NCBI GenBank assembly: GCA_963839865.1
Contig: CAWIWS010000020.1
Location: 569,814-633,813, forward strand
Direction of reading: 5' to 3'
From: an uncultured Acidobacteriota bacterium
Lineage (GTDB): Bacteria > Acidobacteriota > Vicinamibacteria > Vicinamibacterales > UBA2999
DNA length: 64,000 nucleotides
This document shows positions 56,883-64,000 of this stretch, piece by piece. Under the pieces are notes generated by a model, which was given only the letters and a program-made list of their open reading frames with translations, was not told where the DNA came from and ran no database searches. Position numbers and translations under genes: made by a program. Numbering within the stretch: position 1 is the stretch's first letter; every line of letters begins with the position of its first letter.

Positions 56883-56901
<19 letters not shown>
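56847..56901. repeat. two tandem copies of a hairpin REP unit GGTCCGGCTAAAGCCGGACAC(C/T)ACAG
   Basis: Copies at 56847-56872 and 56876-56901. Each has the stem TCCGGC/GCCGGA. They overlap the last codons of the topoisomerase A gene. Confidence 0.75.
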
Positions 56902-59357
<2,456 letters not shown>

Positions 59358-59390
59358 GGCTCAATCAGGATAACAGAACCGAGGCGTACG

Positions 59391-59489
59391 GGCCACAGAG
59401 ACACAGGAACGGAGAATTCCTTCTAAACGCAGTGCCGCTAAGCAGCGCTGCCCGAAAATAGTCTTCCGTGTCTCCGTGTCTCTGTGGCC
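59391..59489. repeat. long hairpin whose arms are GAGACAC(G/A)G-type short repeats (putative terminator/REP)
   Basis: The left arm GGCCACAGAGACACAGGAACGGAGAA (59391-59416) pairs with the right arm TCTTCCGTGTCTCCGTGTCTCTGTGGCC (59462-59489). Lies between the FAD oxidase stop and the topoisomerase A start. Confidence 0.65.
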
Positions 59490-59495
59490 TGGTAT

Positions 59496-60875
59496 TTACA
59501 TCCCGGGAATCAACTTCCCCGGATTCATCAGGTTCTGCGGATCGAGCGCGCGCTTGATCGTGCGCATCACGTCGAGGGCGTCGCCGTGCTCGCGCTCCAG
59601 GTACTTCAACTTGCCGATGCCCACGCCGTGCTCGCCGCTGCAGGTGCCGCCGAAGCGCAGCGACGCGCTCGACCAGCCGCTCGCAGAGCGCGGTCACGCG
59701 CGCGAATTCCGCCGGGTCGCTCGGGGTCCAGCATGATGATCAGGTGGAAGTTGCCGTCGCCGGCGTGCCCCACGAGCGGCGCCTCGACGCCCGTCTCGCG
59801 GATGTCGGCCTGCGTCTCGAGGATGCACTCGGCCAGGTGCGCGATGGGCACGCACACGTCCGTGGTCCACGCCCGCGCGCCGGGCCGCGACGCCACGCGT
59901 GGCGTAGTACGCGTTGTGCCGCGCCTGCCAGAGCGTGGCGCGGTCCTCGAGCGTGGACGCCCACTGGAAGCCGCCGGCGCCGTGCTCGCGCGCGATCTCC
60001 TCCACGGCGCGGATCTGCTCGTCCACCATCGCCTCGTTGATGCCGTGGAACTCGAAGAAGAGCGTCGGCGCGAGCGGGTAGTTGGTCTTCGAGTACGCGT
60101 TCACCACGCGCGAGCTGCGCCTCGTCGATGATCTCCATGCGCGCGACGGGGATGCCCAGCTGGATCGTCTGGATCACCGTGTTGGCGGCGCCTTCCATCG
60201 ACTGGAACTGGCACACCGCCGAGCGCACCGCCTCGGGCCGGCCGTAGAGGCGCAGCGTCACCTCGGTGATCACGCCGAGCGTGCCTTCGGATCCGACGAA
60301 CAGCCGCGTGAGGTCGTAGCCGGACGAGGACTTCCGCGCGCGGCCGCCCGTCCGGATGACGCGGCCGTCCGCCAGCACCACCGTCAACCCCAGCACGTTC
60401 TCGCGCATCGTCCCGTAGCGGACGGCGGTGGTGCCCGACGCGCGCGTGGCCGCCATGCCGCCGATGGTGGCGTCGGCGCCGGGGTCGATCGGGAACATCA
60501 GGCCCGTGTTCTTCAGGTGATCGTCGAGCTTGAGGCGCGTGAGGCCCGCCTCCACCGTGACGTCCATGTCGTCGGGGCTCAGGCGCAGCACGCGCGTCAT
60601 GCGCGTCAGGTCGATCGAGACGCCGCCGTGGATCGGCGTTGACGTGCCCCTCGAGCGAGCTGCCCATGCCGAACGGCACGATCGGCACGCGGTGCGCGCG
60701 CGCAGGCGGCGACGATGGCGGACACTTCGTCGGTGGTCGTCGGGAAGACGACGGCGTCGGGCATCGCCGGGGCGTGCCAGGACTCGCCGTGGCTGTGGTG
60801 CTCGCGGACGGCGTTCGCCGTCGACACGCGGTCGCCGAGGGTGGCCCGGAGTTCCTGAATCAAGTTGTCAGACAT
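59496..60875 (-). CDS. FAD-linked oxidase (GlcD / D-lactate dehydrogenase family), 5 or more apparent frameshifts
   Basis: [85 protein letters not shown]-terminus [17 protein letters not shown] with stop at 59496-59498. Confidence 0.75.
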
Positions 60876-60900
60876 GGGCTTATCTAGAATACTTTCACCG

Positions 60901-62525
60901 ATGAAGTTTCGAGGGACGTTGATCGTCACGGGCGTGTTCGTGGCCCTGGCGGTCATCGCCGGCGTGCGCTACCAAGGCGGACGCGCCCCGGTGGAGGAGG
61001 TCTACACCCCGTCCTTCTCCCACGTCGTCTACGCGCCTCCGGGCGAGGCGCTGCGGGCGCTCGATACCCGGCTCCACGATCCGGCGGGTGTCGGCACCCT
61101 CCGGCAGCTCCTCCCGGACGAAGCCGGCATCCTCTGGATCTCGCTGCTCGTGCTGCTGGCCGTGGGCTTCGACTACGCGCGGCCCTGGAGCGGGCGCAAC
61201 GTCGATCTCCTGGTCGCCGGCGCGATCAGGCTGGTGCCTCATCGGCTCGATTGACCTGTTCGTCGCGGCCTCGAAATTGCGCGACCCGTCTCGATACGGC
61301 CTCATCCGTCTCGTCTTCATGGCCGTGGTCGGCCTCACCGCCATCCTCCTGGTGCGGATGGCCTGGCGATCGCGGCGGCCGGACACGTGGACGTGGACGC
61401 CCACCCTCGACATTCGCGCGCTCGCGGGCATCGCGGCATTCACGGTGGTCCTCTCGCGTCGCGATGCCGTTCCTGCATCCGGCCGAGGACTCGAGCTACT
61501 TCACCGATCTTGGCGGCCAGCGGCTGCGCGAACGGGGCCTGCTGCCCTACGGCGATCCGATGCTCACCAAGACGCCTGGCGCGGCGTACGCGCCGCTGAT
61601 GTACGCGGCGCAGGCCACGATGCAGTTCATCCTCGCGGAGCCCGCCAACGCGACGTCTCCGGACACGCCAAAGCCCGGCGAGTACATTCGCGCCCGTCGC
61701 CGATCTCGTCGCAACTGCTGCTGGCGGGCTTCCAGTTGATGGCGGCGTGGGCGCTCTTCCGGATCGGGCGGCGATGGGCCGACGATCGCCTCGGCCTCGC
61801 GCTCGCGGCGCTCTACTGCGGGTCGTCGTTCGTGCTGGGCATCGGCGGCGCCTCCGATCAGGTCGGCGGGATGACCTACGTCTCGCACATCCTGCCGCCC
61901 GCCGTGACGCTCGTGGCGTTCCTCTATCTCGATCGGCCCGCGCTCTCGGGCGCGCTGCTCGCGTCGGCCGCAGCCTTCGGCTTCTATCCCGCGTTCATGT
62001 TCCCGGCGTGGCTCGGCTATCAATGGGGCACGTCGCCGAAGGCGGCCGCGCGGTTCCTCGCCGGCTTCATGGCGCTCTCGCTCGTCGTCGGGGTGTGGGT
62101 GCTTCTGGCGTCTCGGCCGGCGCCGGGCCTGGGCCTCATCGCCACCATCCTTCGCGACACGCTGGGCCACCACACGGACCCGGACGGCTACGGCATGAGC
62201 CCGTTCGGCCTCTGGGGCCAGCAGACGGGCGTCCTGGCCTGGATGCTGGCGCCTCTCGCCGGCACCTCCGCGCTGTCGTCGCCCTTCTTCATCCTGCTTC
62301 TGCGGATACCTCCTCGCCACGGGCGTGATGGCCCGCAACGCGGGGATGGTGGGACTGGCGCTCCTCACGGCCACGACCGCGATGGGTGCTAACATCTGGA
62401 AGATACACGCGACGGCGACCTACGTGACCTGGTACTACCCCTTCCTGCTCCTGGGCACGTTGGGCCCCGGGTTCCTGATCCGCCGCGCGGCCCACACCAT
62501 AGATGAACGCACCAAGCCAACCTAA
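60901..62525 (+). CDS. large polytopic membrane protein (possibly a glycosyltransferase-C-like/DUF2029-type), about 4 apparent frameshifts
   Basis: At least 10 hydrophobic segments spread over three frames: ILWISLLVLLAVGF, LIRLVFMAVVGLTAILLV, LLLAGFQLMAAWALF, FYPAFMFPAWLGY, FMALSLVVGVWVLLA. No catalytic motif recognised. Confidence 0.45.
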
Positions 62526-64000
62526 GACCGCCCTCGTCATTGGCGCGGGACCCGCCGGCCTCACCGCCGCCTGGGTCCTGGGCCGCCAGGGCGTTCGCGT
62601 CCACGTCCTCGAAGCCGACACCATCGTCGGCGGCATCGCGCGCACGTCCGAGTACAAGGGATTCCGCTTCGACATCGGCGGCCACCGCTTCTTCTCGAAG
62701 GTCCGCGCCGTGGAGGCGCTGTGGGACCAGATGCTCGGCCCGGAGATGCTCACGCGCCCGCGCCTGTCGCGCATCTACTACGACGGCAAGTGGTTCGACT
62801 ACCCGCTGAAGGCGGGCAACGCGCTGGCGGGCCTCGGCCTCTTCAACGCGGCCGGCATCGGCCTGAGCTACATCTGGCGCCAGGCCTTCCCCATCAAGCC
62901 CGAAGTGAGCTTCGAGGACTGGGTGGTCAACCGCTTCGGCTGGAAGCTGTACAACACCTTCTTCAAGGCCTACACGGAGAAGGTGTGGGGCATTCCCTGC
63001 ACCGAGATCGGCGCGCAGTGGGCGGCGCAGCGCATCAAGGGCCTGTCGCTCTGGTCCGCGGCGCGCGAGATGCTCCTCGCCCCCTTCCGCTCGAAGTCGT
63101 CGACGAAGATCCGCAGCCTGATCGAGGAGTTCAAGTACCCGCGGTTCGGTCCCGGCATGATGTGGGAGACCTTCACGACGCAGGTGCAGGCGCAGGGCAG
63201 CACGGTGACGATGGCGTCGCCGGTGGTGAAGCTGCATCACGCGAACGGCCGCATCACCGCCGTGGACTACGCGCACGAGGGCAAGACGCACATCGGTGCC
63301 GGTCGAGGCCGTGGTTTCGACGATGCCGCTCAGGCAGTTGATCGCGGCGATGGAACCGGCGGCGCCCGCCGACGTCCGCGCGGCGGCCGAGAAGCTGTCG
63401 CTACCGCGACTTCCTCACCGTGGCCCTCATCGTCGATCAGGAGACGATGTTCCCGGACAACTGGATCTACGTGCACGATCCCGGCGTGAAGCTCGGGCGC
63501 ATCCAGAACTTCAAGAACTGGAGCCCGGAGATGGTGCCGGACCAGTCGAAGACGTGCCTCGGCCTCGAGTATTTCTGCTTCGAGGGCGACGGCCTGTGGA
63601 CGATGTCCGACAAGGACCTCATCGCGCTCGGCACGAAGGAGCTGGCCGTGATCGGCCTGGCGGATCCGTCGAAGGTGCTCGACGGCACCGTGGTCCGCAT
63701 GCCGAAGGCGTATCCCGTCTACGACAGCGGCTATCTCGAGGCGCTCGAGGTGCTGCGCGTCTACTGCAACACGTTCACGAACCTGCAGCTCGCGGGCCGC
63801 AACGGCCTGCACAAGTACAACAACCAGGACCACGCGATGGTCACGGGCATCCTGGCCGCGAAGGCGCTCCTCGGCGCCAAGGCGGATCCGTGGCTGGTGA
63901 ACGTGGAGGACGACTACCACGAGCAGTCGTCCCCCGATGACGCATTCGACCCGAGCACCGACCTGTCCGAACTCCTCGGCACCCAGCCGAGGGTGCCGAC
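62503..64000 (+). CDS. NAD(P)/FAD-dependent oxidoreductase (amine-oxidase / UDP-galactopyranose-mutase-like), 2 apparent frameshifts; 3' end outside window
   Basis: Rossmann motif ALVIGAGPAGLTAAWVL...VLEADTIVGG. FDIGGHRFF. YTEKVWG. Later NLQLAGRNGLHKYNNQDHAM. Frame open to base 64000. Confidence 0.7.

Overview
High-GC (by eye about 65-70%) bacterial chromosomal fragment. Repeat families and gene content suggest an Acidobacteriota-like organism, but that is only a guess. I support about 65 protein-coding genes and saw no rRNA, tRNA or CRISPR array.

Main content in order:
- PLD-like fragment, phosphate-porin-like gene, CotH-like gene and two tandem thymidylate-kinase-like genes.
- Type IV minor-pilin operon (FimT/GspH, PilV, PilW, PilX).
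- Two tandem DUF5916/CBM9-like outer-membrane paralogs, pruA, an SBP-PAS histidine kinase and a MATE exporter.
- Type IIA topoisomerase B subunit, a DUF1835 protein and a NYN + 2x OST-HTH(LOTUS) protein.
- A 2220-aa TamB-Omp85 single-ORF fusion.
- A BCP-type peroxiredoxin with an in-frame TGA at the catalytic Cys position.
- A penicillin-acylase-family gene, then a long co-directional string of small accessory enzymes.
- A chromosomal integron: intI plus eight cassettes with GCCTAAC...GTTAGGC attC sites.
- Type IIA topoisomerase A subunit, an FAD-linked oxidase, a large membrane protein and an FAD oxidoreductase.

Many genes can only be rebuilt by switching reading frame. I count very roughly 50-60 apparent indels, distributed in patches. 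Spans given for such genes are reconstructed across frames. I cannot tell sequencing error from real decay without reads.

The most interesting items are the integron and its cargo, the TamB-Omp85 fusion, the candidate selenocysteine peroxiredoxin, and several unusual short-tandem-repeat and hairpin repeat families, including GGTTCA(A/G)C arrays.
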